Positions 1 through 9,641 of a stretch of DNA of 64,000 bases are shown piece by piece. Source of the DNA: Minisyncoccota bacterium (lineage in GTDB: Bacteria; Patescibacteriota; Minisyncoccia; Phycocordibacterales; UBA9973); contig JBAYLA010000002.1 of the NCBI GenBank assembly GCA_041664285.1, positions 1,349-65,348 of the forward strand, in the 5' to 3' direction. The translations under genes and the position numbers were made by a program. Below the pieces are notes generated by a model. The model was not told the DNA's origin and made no database searches. It saw nothing but the letters and a program-made list of their open reading frames with translations. Within the stretch, counting starts at the first letter, position 1. Each line of letters starts with the position of its first letter.

Positions 1-221
1 CTCTTTATGCTTTAACTCAAGGTTACATGGATGAGGTAGCTGTTGATAAAATAAAAGAATTTGAACAAGCCCTTATTAAATACAGTGAGCAAAAGGCAAA
101 AGTTTTCTATAAAGAAGTTATTGAAAAGAAAATGTGGAGTGAAAAAGGGGAGGCAGAATTAAAAAAGGTAATTGAAGATTTTTCCGCTCAAGGCGGATTC
201 GCCTCTGGCGAAAAAAAGTAA
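1..221 (+). CDS. atpA: ATP synthase F1 alpha subunit, C-terminal fragment (gene starts upstream of window)
   Basis: C-terminal pattern of alpha subunits (V..V..FE..L..Y...LK..I..F); sits directly before atpG-atpD-atpC in the canonical operon order. Confidence 0.75.
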   Translation, partial: LYALTQGYMDEVAVDKIKEFEQALIKYSEQKAKVFYKEVIEKKMWSEKGEAELKKVIEDFSAQGGFASGEKK

Positions 222-224
222 TTT

Positions 225-1157
225 ATGGCTGGAACTAAAGAAATCAAAAGACGAATAAAAAGTGTGAAGAATACAAAGAAAATCACTAAAGCGATGGAGC
301 TTGTGGCTGCTTCTAAAATGAAACGCGCAGTTGTATCTACTTTGGCTTCTCGTCTTTATTCTCGATATTCTTGGGAGATTCTTACCTCGGTTGCTGAAAA
401 TTTAGAACAAAATACGCATCCATTTTTCAATGAACAAAAGCAGGGGAAAATATTAGTGGTTTTAATTACTTCTAATCGTGGACTTTGCGGAGGATATGAT
501 TCTCAAATTATTAAAAAAACTCTCCATCAATTGCAAGAGTTTCAGACGTTGGACGTCCAAGGATCCCGACGTCCAACGTCTGAAATAGTTGATATTATTA
601 CTGTTGGCAAGAAAGGAGACATGGCTATGCGAAGAATTAATCAAAATATTACTGAAGTTTTTACCAATATGCCAGATATTAACATAGCTCTTTCAGACAT
701 TGCTCCACTTTCTAAATCATTAATGGATCAATATATAAATCATATTTATAAAAAAGTTTACATAGCTTATACCCATTTTTCTTCTGCTTTATCACAGAAA
801 CCTATAATTAAACAATTACTTCCAATTTCTAAACAAGAAGTTAAAGAAAATTTACAAGAGGCAATAAAAAATTTGCCCGAGCAAGTAAAAAATACAAAAA
901 TAAATTATTTATTTGAAGGAGATTTTGATACACTCATCACCTCTCTTTCTGAGAATATTACGCGAATGCAAATTTATCAAATGTTTCTTGAATCTAACGC
1001 TTCTGAACAATCGTCTCGGATGCTTGCCATGAAAAATGCTAGTGATGCTTCCAGCGAAATGATTGACGACTTAACTCTGATGTTTAATAAAGCCAGACAG
1101 GCGAATATTACCAGAGAAATATCAGAGATTAGTGCCGGTATGGCAAGTGTGAACTAA
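225..1157 (+). CDS. atpG: ATP synthase F1 gamma subunit
   Basis: N-term MAGTKEIKRRIKSVKNTKKITKAMELVAASKMKRA and C-term ...LTLMFNKARQANITREISEI are classic gamma-subunit helices; internal ITSNRGLCGGYDS motif. Confidence 0.9.
   Translation: MAGTKEIKRRIKSVKNTKKITKAMELVAASKMKRAVVSTLASRLYSRYSWEILTSVAENLEQNTHPFFNEQKQGKILVVLITSNRGLCGGYDSQIIKKTLHQLQEFQTLDVQGSRRPTSEIVDIITVGKKGDMAMRRINQNITEVFTNMPDINIALSDIAPLSKSLMDQYINHIYKKVYIAYTHFSSALSQKPIIKQLLPISKQEVKENLQEAIKNLPEQVKNTKINYLFEGDFDTLITSLSENITRMQIYQMFLESNASEQSSRMLAMKNASDASSEMIDDLTLMFNKARQANITREISEISAGMASVN
540..585. repeat. perfect 18-bp inverted repeat (arms TTTCAGACGTTGGACGTC / GACGTCCAACGTCTGAAA) with a 10-nt centre containing GGATCC, embedded in-frame in atpG
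   Basis: read directly from the sequence; arms are exact reverse complements. Confidence 0.9.
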
Positions 1158-1174
1158 AAGATTATTAATTTTAA

Positions 1175-2569
<1,395 letters not shown>

Positions 2570-2598
2570 TTAGGTGCTAGTGACTAGGGACTAGTAAG

Positions 2599-2631
2599 CT
2601 AGAACCTAGAACCTAGAACCTAGAACCTAAC
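2599..2631. repeat. tandem heptamer CTAGAAC x about 4.7 in the atpD-atpC spacer, part of a CTAG-rich leader element
   Basis: seen directly: ctagaac ctagaac ctagaac ctagaac ctaac immediately 5' of the atpC ATG. Confidence 0.85.
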
Positions 2632-2634
2632 ATT

Positions 2635-3078
2635 ATGAAACAATTAAAATTAAAAATAGTTACACCAGAACGTCTTGTTTTGGAAGAAATGGTTGATCAA
2701 GTTGTTTTGCCGACCACTGAGGGGGAAATTACGGTTTTACCAGATCATGTTCCGTTAATTGTAGGACTTAAATCTGGAGACGTGGTTGCTTTTGTAAGTG
2801 GTGAGCAAGTGCCGATGGCTGTTGTAGGTGGATTTGTGGAAGTAAAAAAAAATGAAGGAGATATTACTGAAGTAGCTGTTTTAGCTGATTTTGCTGAACA
2901 CTTATCGGAACTTTCTGATGCGGTAATAGAAAAAGCAAAAGCTCGAGCAGAAGAATTAAAGAAACTGATGGAAAACAAAGAACATGTTGACTTCGAACAC
3001 TTTGAAGCTGAACTTGAACGCTCACTCACTCGCGTAAAAATCGCAGACAAGTGGAAAACGAAAAAATATAGAAAATAA
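2635..3078 (+). CDS. atpC: ATP synthase F1 epsilon subunit
   Basis: 147 aa, beta-sandwich plus helical hairpin pattern of epsilon subunits, last gene of the atp operon. Confidence 0.85.
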   Translation: MKQLKLKIVTPERLVLEEMVDQVVLPTTEGEITVLPDHVPLIVGLKSGDVVAFVSGEQVPMAVVGGFVEVKKNEGDITEVAVLADFAEHLSELSDAVIEKAKARAEELKKLMENKEHVDFEHFEAELERSLTRVKIADKWKTKKYRK

Positions 3079-3112
3079 CTAAATAGTCTTATGGCATATG
3101 CCAATACAGGGC

Positions 3113-3141
3113 TTGACTTTTTGTATTATGTATGATATACT
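3113..3141 (+). promoter_or_regulatory. sigma70-like promoter (TTGACT-N17-TATACT) upstream of a small ORF
   Basis: hexamers and spacing read from the sequence. Confidence 0.45.
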
Positions 3142-3215
3142 TAAACCTAAAGTAGTTCAAATAAAATTAAATATTAAACTCTGTGCTTTTTTAAGCACAG
3201 AAAAAGGAGGAACAA

Positions 3216-3392
3216 ATGAATAAAGAAGAAAGATTTTACATTTTTGTTATGAGTGTAGGATTGTTTTTAGTGATATCTGCAAATACCATAGCCACAGGCA
3301 ATTTGTTTACAAACATTGAAGAGTCAGTGTGGGTCGCGGTAGGAGCGATTTCAATCTCTGCTTCATTAAACGCAATGTTGAAACGGAGATAA
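3216..3392 (+). CDS. small hydrophobic protein (58 aa), not in the ORF track
   Basis: ATG preceded by AAAGGAGG at about 7 nt; translation MNKEERFYIFVMSVGLFLVISANTIATGNLFTNIEESVWVAVGAISISASLNAMLKRR looks like a single or double TM peptide. Confidence 0.45.
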   Translation: MNKEERFYIFVMSVGLFLVISANTIATGNLFTNIEESVWVAVGAISISASLNAMLKRR

Positions 3393-3480
3393 GGCGTACC
3401 GTGATCGCGCTATGTTCAATCGAATTGAGAATTACGGACTCAATTCAAAAAAGCTCTGATGGAAACATTCAGGGCATTTT

Positions 3481-4440
3481 TTATTTTTGGTTGGCAAGTC
3501 CAAGCATTAATTCTATATTTTGCACAGCTGCGCCTGCAGCTCCTTTTCCAAGGTTATCAAGAGATGCAACAAGTACGGCTTGTTCTTTTTTTCCATCCCA
3601 AAAAACATGCAAGTCAAGTTTGTCAGTTTTGGCTAGTGCTTCAGGATTAAGACGGCTTTCATATGGAGGATGTAAAATAACTTTAATTTGATTAGATTCT
3701 GCATAATGTTTCCTTAACACTTCTGCTATGTTTTCACCTGTTATTTTCCCTGGGAGCTGTTTTAAATGAAGAGGTATGCTTACAAGCATTCCTTGAGGAA
3801 ACCCTCCAACAGAAGGAATAAAGATTGGACTTTCTTTTAATTGGCTGTGCGTTTGTATTTCTGGTATATGTTTATGTTCTAGATCAAGTCCATATAATTC
3901 AAAATTTGGTGCTGTGCCTTTATTGTGGGCTTCTATCATTTTTTTTCCTCCTCCACTATAACCACTCATAGCATTGATAGTTATTGGATAATCTTCTGGG
4001 ATTACTCCAGCTTGAACAAGAGGCCGAAGAAGTGCGATTGCTCCAGTTGCATAACATCCCGGGTTGGAAACGGCGTCAGCTTCTTTAATTTTTTCTGATT
4101 GTTGGTTGTCCATCTCTGGAAAACCATAAACCCATCCCTGAGCAATGCGATGCGCTGTACTGGCATCAAGAATTTTTGGCGCACTTGAACCAAGGGAGTT
4201 TGCTATCGCAACAGATTCTTTTGCAGCATCATCGGGAAGACAAAGTACAACTAGGTCACTTTTTTCCATAGCTTCGCTACGTTCCTTAGGGTCTTTCGGA
4301 GGTCCTTTTACAAAAACCATTTCAATTTCACCTTTTTCTTCAATAAGTTTTTTTAAGCGCTCGCGTATTTCTAGGGCAGTTGTTCCTTCTGCTCCGTCAA
4401 TAAAGATCTTTGGTTTTGGTTTCCATCCTCCTTTTTCCAT
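3481..4440 (-). CDS. argC: N-acetyl-gamma-glutamyl-phosphate reductase, short type-2 ArgC
   Basis: active-site region NPGCYATG and C-terminal LDNLGKGAAGAAVQN are hallmarks of the ArgC/Asd semialdehyde dehydrogenase family, ArgC-like. Confidence 0.7.
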   Translation of the reverse strand: MEKGGWKPKPKIFIDGAEGTTALEIRERLKKLIEEKGEIEMVFVKGPPKDPKERSEAMEKSDLVVLCLPDDAAKESVAIANSLGSSAPKILDASTAHRIAQGWVYGFPEMDNQQSEKIKEADAVSNPGCYATGAIALLRPLVQAGVIPEDYPITINAMSGYSGGGKKMIEAHNKGTAPNFELYGLDLEHKHIPEIQTHSQLKESPIFIPSVGGFPQGMLVSIPLHLKQLPGKITGENIAEVLRKHYAESNQIKVILHPPYESRLNPEALAKTDKLDLHVFWDGKKEQAVLVASLDNLGKGAAGAAVQNIELMLGLANQK

Positions 4441-4469
4441 AGATTAATTATAACAATTCCTCCTTTTTT

Positions 4470-5180
4470 ATGATAGACTATTATAAATCATTAAATATTA
4501 TGTCTAAATTTTATGTTGTAGCTACGCCAATAGGAAATATGGGGGACATCACCTTTCGGGCTGTTGGAATACTGAAAACCGTTGATTTAATTTTATGCGA
4601 AGATACCAGAGAAACTAAAAAGATTCTAGATAAATATGAAATTAGTAAACCCACTATGAGCTACCACGCTCAAAGTAAGTTTTCCAAAGAAGATAAAATT
4701 TTTGAATTATTGGAGGCAGGGAAAGACTTAGCTTTAGTATCAGATGCTGGGACACCTGGAATTTCAGATCCAGGAGCCATGTTGGTATCTAAAATTAAAG
4801 AATATTTCAATGATAGGGTAAAAGTAATCCCAATTCCGGGAGCGACAGCTTTAATCACAGCCCTGTCGGCTTCAGGGTTACCAACGCATGAGTTTACTTT
4901 TTTAGGATTTTTACCACATAAAAAAGGTAGAGAAACTTTATTTAAAGAAATTGCCCAATCAAAGAGAACAATGGTCTTTTACGAATCTCCTCATAGAATT
5001 TTGAAAACCCTTGAATCACTCGTAAAATTTTGTGAAGGCAAAGAGAAAAAAGTTTGTATTGCCCGTGAACTGACAAAAATTTATGAAGAATTTAAAACTG
5101 GAACTCCAGCAGAAGTTTTAGAATATTTCGAGAAGAATAAAGAGAAACAAAGAGGGGAGTTTACCGTAATTGTTTCTTAA
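4470..5180 (+). CDS. rsmI: 16S rRNA (cytidine1402-2'-O)-methyltransferase RsmI (tetrapyrrole-methylase fold); likely true start at the ATG at 4500
   Basis: VVATPIGNMGDITFRAV...LILCEDTRETKKIL motif typical of RsmI. Confidence 0.8.
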   Translation: MIDYYKSLNIMSKFYVVATPIGNMGDITFRAVGILKTVDLILCEDTRETKKILDKYEISKPTMSYHAQSKFSKEDKIFELLEAGKDLALVSDAGTPGISDPGAMLVSKIKEYFNDRVKVIPIPGATALITALSASGLPTHEFTFLGFLPHKKGRETLFKEIAQSKRTMVFYESPHRILKTLESLVKFCEGKEKKVCIARELTKIYEEFKTGTPAEVLEYFEKNKEKQRGEFTVIVS

Positions 5181-5205
5181 AATACCCAAAAGCACTTAGA
5201 ACTTT

Positions 5206-7155
5206 TTATAGTAAATCTTCAGGATCTACAAGTACTTCGTAGGATGGAGGTAAAGAAGAAAGTAAATTAAACAGATTTTGGTCAATAGATGAACCATGAG
5301 AAAGTTCAGGCAGAGACCATTGTTTTAGCTCCAATTTTATTAAAGCATTTGTTCTATAATTATTTTTATTTTTTGCTATAAATCCACTGAATATTTCAGG
5401 ATTATATTCTTTAAAAATCTCCTTCAACATCTTCCTTGCTTTTTTTGTTTGTTCTTTATCTCCTTTGTAAGTGATTTTAATAAAACGCTTAAATGGGGGA
5501 TATCCTAAATTTTTTCTATCTTTTAATTCTTCACGCACAAAAGACAATAAATTAGATGTTTTGATTGCCAACATAGATGCATCATCCTCATTTTTAATCT
5601 GAATAATAACTTTCTCTTTTGTTCTATTAATTATTGAAAGTATTATTTGAATAATTTTTTCCCCCATTTGAAAATTAGGGATACTCCAAAGCGAATCAAA
5701 AGAAGCGATGACTGAAAATGCAACTTTTTCTTGAAGATAGAAGAATGCCATTTCTGTCCCAATCAGGATTGATCCTTTGTTTTCTTCAAAATCTTTTATA
5801 ATTTTTTTCGCACCTGAAGCTGTTTTTGCAGATTCTTTATCTAATTTAAAAATTTTAATTTTTGGAAAAAGTTTACTTATCTCTTCATGCACAGTGTCGG
5901 TGCCAATACCAAGGGGTAATAGATTCCAACCTCCACACAATGTGCAATTAGTGTCTCCATCTATGTTTATTTCACATCGATTACAAACGAATACCCTTTT
6001 TTTGTCTTTATGTGATGTATAAAGTACAAGGGGTGCTCCGCACTTTTTACAACTGACTGTTTCGTTACAGTCTTTACATAGGGTCATGGTCGCCAAGCCT
6101 TTTCTTAATGAAAAAATAAAAACATTTTTTTTGCTTTCTAGCGCCAATTTTATTTCCTTTATACTTTCGTCATTAAATATTTGGAATTTTTCTTTATTAT
6201 TTTTTTTCTTGCTTAAAATTTCTATTTCTCCTTCAAAATCAATTCTAAAAGACAAAGGATATAAAGGATTAAAATTATCTATATCTTTTCTTCCGATTGT
6301 TTCGTAACGGAGTATTTCATCAGCCATTATAAACCTTGCATTTATCTTTGAAGTATAAATTTCTACAAAAACTCTTAAATCGAGGTGGGGCATAGCGATC
6401 ATTTTATAAGCATTTGAATTTTCGTGTTCTAAAATTATGGTACCAATATCCTTTTTAGGAATAGAAAGAAAAGGAGGAGTACCAATGATTAAAACTGGAT
6501 GAGTAGCATTTATTATTTTTTCATAAGTCGTTAGATTTTTCTTTTTATTTATTCCACTTTGGATAGAAAAAGTAAATTGTTCAATGCCTTTTGATAATTG
6601 ATCAGTAAATTTTTCTATATCAAATTGGGTAGGCACGACCACAAAAATAGATTTACCTTTAGCAAAAGATTCACGAATAAGGGTTTTATAGATGGAGATA
6701 CGGTCTTCTAATGGATATTGAAATAATAATTTTTCTGTTCTTAATTTTTGTTCGTTTTTAAAAATGTCCTGGTGGCTATTTTTTATTTTTGCAATCTTGT
6801 CATATTCTTCTAAAAAGATATTTGGAATTAATGAAGCTAGGGTCTTATTTTTATTTTGAGCAAAGTATTTACTGGTATCAAAAATAGTATTTAGAAATTC
6901 TTTTAAAAAAACAGAGTCTCCTTTGTCCTTAGTGACTTTTCTTAAATTGAAATTCATGTTTTTTATATTACTTTTTCTTTCCGTTAATTCTTCGCTGGAC
7001 GTGACTAGAGCTAGAGTTTCTTTATTTCTTATTGGGACAGACACAATATTTCCAACAGCTATATCTAAATTAGAAAAATAGGTTAAATCGCCTCTTAGGG
7101 TGTTCTTTTTTAATGGTATGACTGATATAATTTTCATGATTTTATGTGGCGTCAA
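5206..7155 (-). CDS. priA: primosomal protein N' (PriA) homolog with degenerate helicase ATPase motifs
   Basis: N-terminal 3'-DNA-binding domain, Cys-rich zinc-binding insert (CKDCN...CKKCG...CNRCE...CTLCGG) and C-terminal LGYPPF motif typical of PriA; no GxGKT Walker A where expected and DEEH is replaced by LEHE. Confidence 0.65.
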   Translation of the reverse strand: MTPHKIMKIISVIPLKKNTLRGDLTYFSNLDIAVGNIVSVPIRNKETLALVTSSEELTERKSNIKNMNFNLRKVTKDKGDSVFLKEFLNTIFDTSKYFAQNKNKTLASLIPNIFLEEYDKIAKIKNSHQDIFKNEQKLRTEKLLFQYPLEDRISIYKTLIRESFAKGKSIFVVVPTQFDIEKFTDQLSKGIEQFTFSIQSGINKKKNLTTYEKIINATHPVLIIGTPPFLSIPKKDIGTIILEHENSNAYKMIAMPHLDLRVFVEIYTSKINARFIMADEILRYETIGRKDIDNFNPLYPLSFRIDFEGEIEILSKKKNNKEKFQIFNDESIKEIKLALESKKNVFIFSLRKGLATMTLCKDCNETVSCKKCGAPLVLYTSHKDKKRVFVCNRCEINIDGDTNCTLCGGWNLLPLGIGTDTVHEEISKLFPKIKIFKLDKESAKTASGAKKIIKDFEENKGSILIGTEMAFFYLQEKVAFSVIASFDSLWSIPNFQMGEKIIQIILSIINRTKEKVIIQIKNEDDASMLAIKTSNLLSFVREELKDRKNLGYPPFKRFIKITYKGDKEQTKKARKMLKEIFKEYNPEIFSGFIAKNKNNYRTNALIKLELKQWSLPELSHGSSIDQNLFNLLSSLPPSYEVLVDPEDLL

Positions 7156-7214
7156 GCTCGTAATTTGTATTTCATTCTAGCATGAATATGTATTATATCC
7201 CCATACATATTTCC

Positions 7215-7243
7215 TTGATTTAAAATAGGTGTCGGGGTATATT
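7215..7243 (+). promoter_or_regulatory. promoter-like TTGATT-N17-TATATT carrying the spacer box AGGTGTCGGGGTATA (also upstream of tRNA-Trp)
   Basis: seen directly; the -10 ends 7 nt before the mreB ATG at 7250, which would make the transcript leaderless if this is the promoter. Confidence 0.4.
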
Positions 7244-8269
7244 GTTTTTATGGGATTTTTCTCACGCAAATTAGGAATAGATTTGGGTACAGCTAATACT
7301 TTAGTGTTTATGCCGGGTAAGGGTATTGTTCTAAACGAGCCTTCAGTTGTCGCAGTTTCTGAGCAAGATAATAAAATTCTAGCGATTGGATTTGAGGCGA
7401 AGGATATGATTGGTAAAACTCCAGATTCAATTATTACTTATTGTCCAATGAAAGATGGAGTTATTGCTGACTATCGAGTAACTGAAGCGATGCTTCGTTA
7501 TTTTATAAGCAAAGCAATGGGGAAATTTAGTTTTTTAAAACCAGACGTAATGGTTTCTGTCCCAGCCGGTGTTACTTCCACTGAAAGACGAGCAGTCGTA
7601 GAAGCAGCTATACGAGCAGGTGCTAAAAATGCTTATGTAGTTAAAGAGCCAATCTTAGCAGCCATTGGTGCTGGTATTCCAATTTATGAATCAAAAGGTT
7701 ATATGGTAGTAGACATCGGTGGTGGGACGACAGATGTGGCGGTGATCTCTTTGGGAGGGATTGTGTCTTCGACTTCCGTTAAATGTGCTGGAAATAAAAT
7801 AGATCAAGCGATAGCAGATTATATTAAGAAAACTTTTAATTTAGCTATAGGAGATAGAACAGCCGAGGAAGTAAAAATAAAAATAGGCGCTGCTATTAAC
7901 TTAGACGAAGAACTTCGGGTGACAATTAAAGGTAGAGATTTTATACAAGGATTACCAAGATCGGCTCAAGTAGGGACTAATGAAATAGTTAAAGCGATAG
8001 ATCCGGAACTACGACAAATAATCAAAGCAATAAAAACTGTTTTACAAGAAACTCCTCCAGAACTTGCTTCTGATATTATTGATCATGGAATTGTGATGAC
8101 TGGTGGATCTTCTCAGTTACGTAATTTTACTGATTTAGTTTATCGAAAAACAGGAGTGAAGGCGACTTTAGCTGAAGATGCTCTTTTTTGTGTGGTAAAA
8201 GGTACAGGTGTTGCTCTAGAGCATCTAGATGTTTATAAAAAAACAGTTTTAAGTAAGAAGTATAACTAG
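7229..8269 (+). CDS. mreB: rod shape-determining protein MreB (probable true start ATG at 7250, MGFFSRKLGIDLGTANT)
   Basis: actin-fold phosphate-1 motif GIDLGTANTLVF and overall MreB pattern. Confidence 0.9.
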   Translation: MSGYIVFMGFFSRKLGIDLGTANTLVFMPGKGIVLNEPSVVAVSEQDNKILAIGFEAKDMIGKTPDSIITYCPMKDGVIADYRVTEAMLRYFISKAMGKFSFLKPDVMVSVPAGVTSTERRAVVEAAIRAGAKNAYVVKEPILAAIGAGIPIYESKGYMVVDIGGGTTDVAVISLGGIVSSTSVKCAGNKIDQAIADYIKKTFNLAIGDRTAEEVKIKIGAAINLDEELRVTIKGRDFIQGLPRSAQVGTNEIVKAIDPELRQIIKAIKTVLQETPPELASDIIDHGIVMTGGSSQLRNFTDLVYRKTGVKATLAEDALFCVVKGTGVALEHLDVYKKTVLSKKYN

Positions 8270-8288
8270 TTATTATAAACTAGAATTT

Positions 8289-9062
8289 ATGTCCCTAATC
8301 CAAAAAAATTTAGATAAGAATAATTTACATCATGCATATTTAATAGAGGGCGAGAGGAGTGTAATCGTGAAAGAAATTGAAGAATTTTTAAAAAGTTTAG
8401 GAGTAAGCACCATTGGTAATCCTGACTTTATTCACATTCAATTAGACTCTTTTAAAATTGAAGATGCGAGGAATTTAAAATCCTATGCAAACCAAAAAAG
8501 TTTTTCCTTGGAGAAGAAAATTTTTATTATTTCTGCCAATAACTTTTTACTTGAGGCTCAGAATAGCTTATTGAAGATTTTTGAAGAACCAATAGAAAAT
8601 ACACACTTTTTCTTAATTGTGCCAGATGTCAATTCCCTTTTAAAAACTCTTGTTTCTAGATTTTATTTGATTTCTACAAAGCAAGATATTGGAGAGGTGA
8701 AAGAAGTAGAGAAATTTATTACTATGCCGTTAAAAAACAGAATTGATTTTATAAAAGAATTATTGACTACAGAAGACGAAGAAGATGAAGAAGGAAATGA
8801 AATTATTGTGCTAAATTCTACTCGTTCAAAGGCCTTAAGATTTTTAAATGCGCTAGAGTCTGTGTTATATAGCAAATTTATAAAGAATTTTTCTGGCTTT
8901 ACCCTTCCTGGAGTACCGGGTGGGACTTACGCCATTCAAAATTCTTTACAAATTTGCTTCCCTCATTTTTTTAAGGTTCGCGAATTTCTTCGGATGCCAG
9001 GGAGTTCTGTAAAAAGCTTGATGAAATCCGTAGCAATAGTAACACCAAATTTTAAAAATTAA
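8289..9062 (+). CDS. holB: DNA polymerase III delta-prime-like clamp-loader subunit (no P-loop)
   Basis: HAYLIEG and LLKIFEEP motifs typical of the delta-prime/AAA+ clamp loader; no Walker A, as in delta-prime. Confidence 0.6.
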   Translation: MSLIQKNLDKNNLHHAYLIEGERSVIVKEIEEFLKSLGVSTIGNPDFIHIQLDSFKIEDARNLKSYANQKSFSLEKKIFIISANNFLLEAQNSLLKIFEEPIENTHFFLIVPDVNSLLKTLVSRFYLISTKQDIGEVKEVEKFITMPLKNRIDFIKELLTTEDEEDEEGNEIIVLNSTRSKALRFLNALESVLYSKFIKNFSGFTLPGVPGGTYAIQNSLQICFPHFFKVREFLRMPGSSVKSLMKSVAIVTPNFKN

Positions 9063-9084
9063 TTTTTTGTGATATAGTAAATTT

Positions 9085-9636
9085 ATGCAATACAATTTTT
9101 CAAATTTTAAAGTAGAGCTTAAAAAAACAGAAGATTTCTTAGGCAAAGAATACACTCAGCTTAACATTGGACGAGCGTCACCCATGATCCTCGATGGTGT
9201 GTCTGTCGAATCATATGGTTCATATGTTCCATTAAAAAATGTAGCTTCTATTTCTATTGAAGACCCAAAAACATTACGCATTGCCCCTTGGGATAAATCT
9301 CAAATAAAAGCGATTGAAAAGGCTATTGTTGGTTCAAATTTAGGGTTGTCTGTGGCGACTGATGATTTAGGTATAAGAGTTATTTTTCCACAATTAACTA
9401 CCGAAACGAGGAAAACCTTGGTAAAAGTTTTAAAAGAAAAATTAGAAGAAAGTAGAATTATTGTGCGACGTCTTCGTGAAGCTGTGGTGGTTGAGATAGA
9501 GAAACAAGAAAAAGAAGGTAAAATGACCGAAGATGAAAGATTTCGCGCGAAAGAAGAATTACAGAAAATTATCACTGAAACAAATAGCAAACTAGAAGCA
9601 ATCTTTGAGAAAAAGGAGAGTGAAGTAATGGGATAG
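9085..9636 (+). CDS. frr: ribosome recycling factor
   Basis: 183 aa, conserved RRF pattern (RASPMILDGVSVESYG...LRIAPWDKS...EDERFRAKEELQKI). Confidence 0.85.
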   Translation: MQYNFSNFKVELKKTEDFLGKEYTQLNIGRASPMILDGVSVESYGSYVPLKNVASISIEDPKTLRIAPWDKSQIKAIEKAIVGSNLGLSVATDDLGIRVIFPQLTTETRKTLVKVLKEKLEESRIIVRRLREAVVVEIEKQEKEGKMTEDERFRAKEELQKIITETNSKLEAIFEKKESEVMG

Positions 9637-9641
9637 AAAAT

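Noticed and set aside
462-644. Antisense or embedded ORFs from the six-frame track (for example 462..644, 1267..1482, 1845..2129, 2202..2513, 2745..3104, 4002..4193, 5777..6022, 8663..8875, 9300..9943, 27721..28135 and similar)
   Set aside because: Each lies inside, and mostly antisense to, a strongly conserved housekeeping gene on the other strand or frame; low-complexity translations; no RBS support
2599-2631. Possible CRISPR array (CTAGAAC repeats) and CTAG-rich stretches at 28490..28552 and 30103..30149
   Set aside because: Period is 7 nt with no spacers and only 4-5 units; no cas genes; these are leader or promoter repeats, not CRISPR
3092-3110. Near-perfect palindrome TTATGGCATATGCCAATA just upstream of the -35 of the small-ORF promoter
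   Set aside because: Single short palindrome with no second copy in the window; could be an operator or a weak terminator for atpC, but evidence is too thin to call
3329-3691. 120-aa + strand ORF overlapping the argC 3' end
   Set aside because: Overlaps the well-supported argC coding region on the opposite strand; more likely the short 3216..3392 ORF is the real feature in this gap
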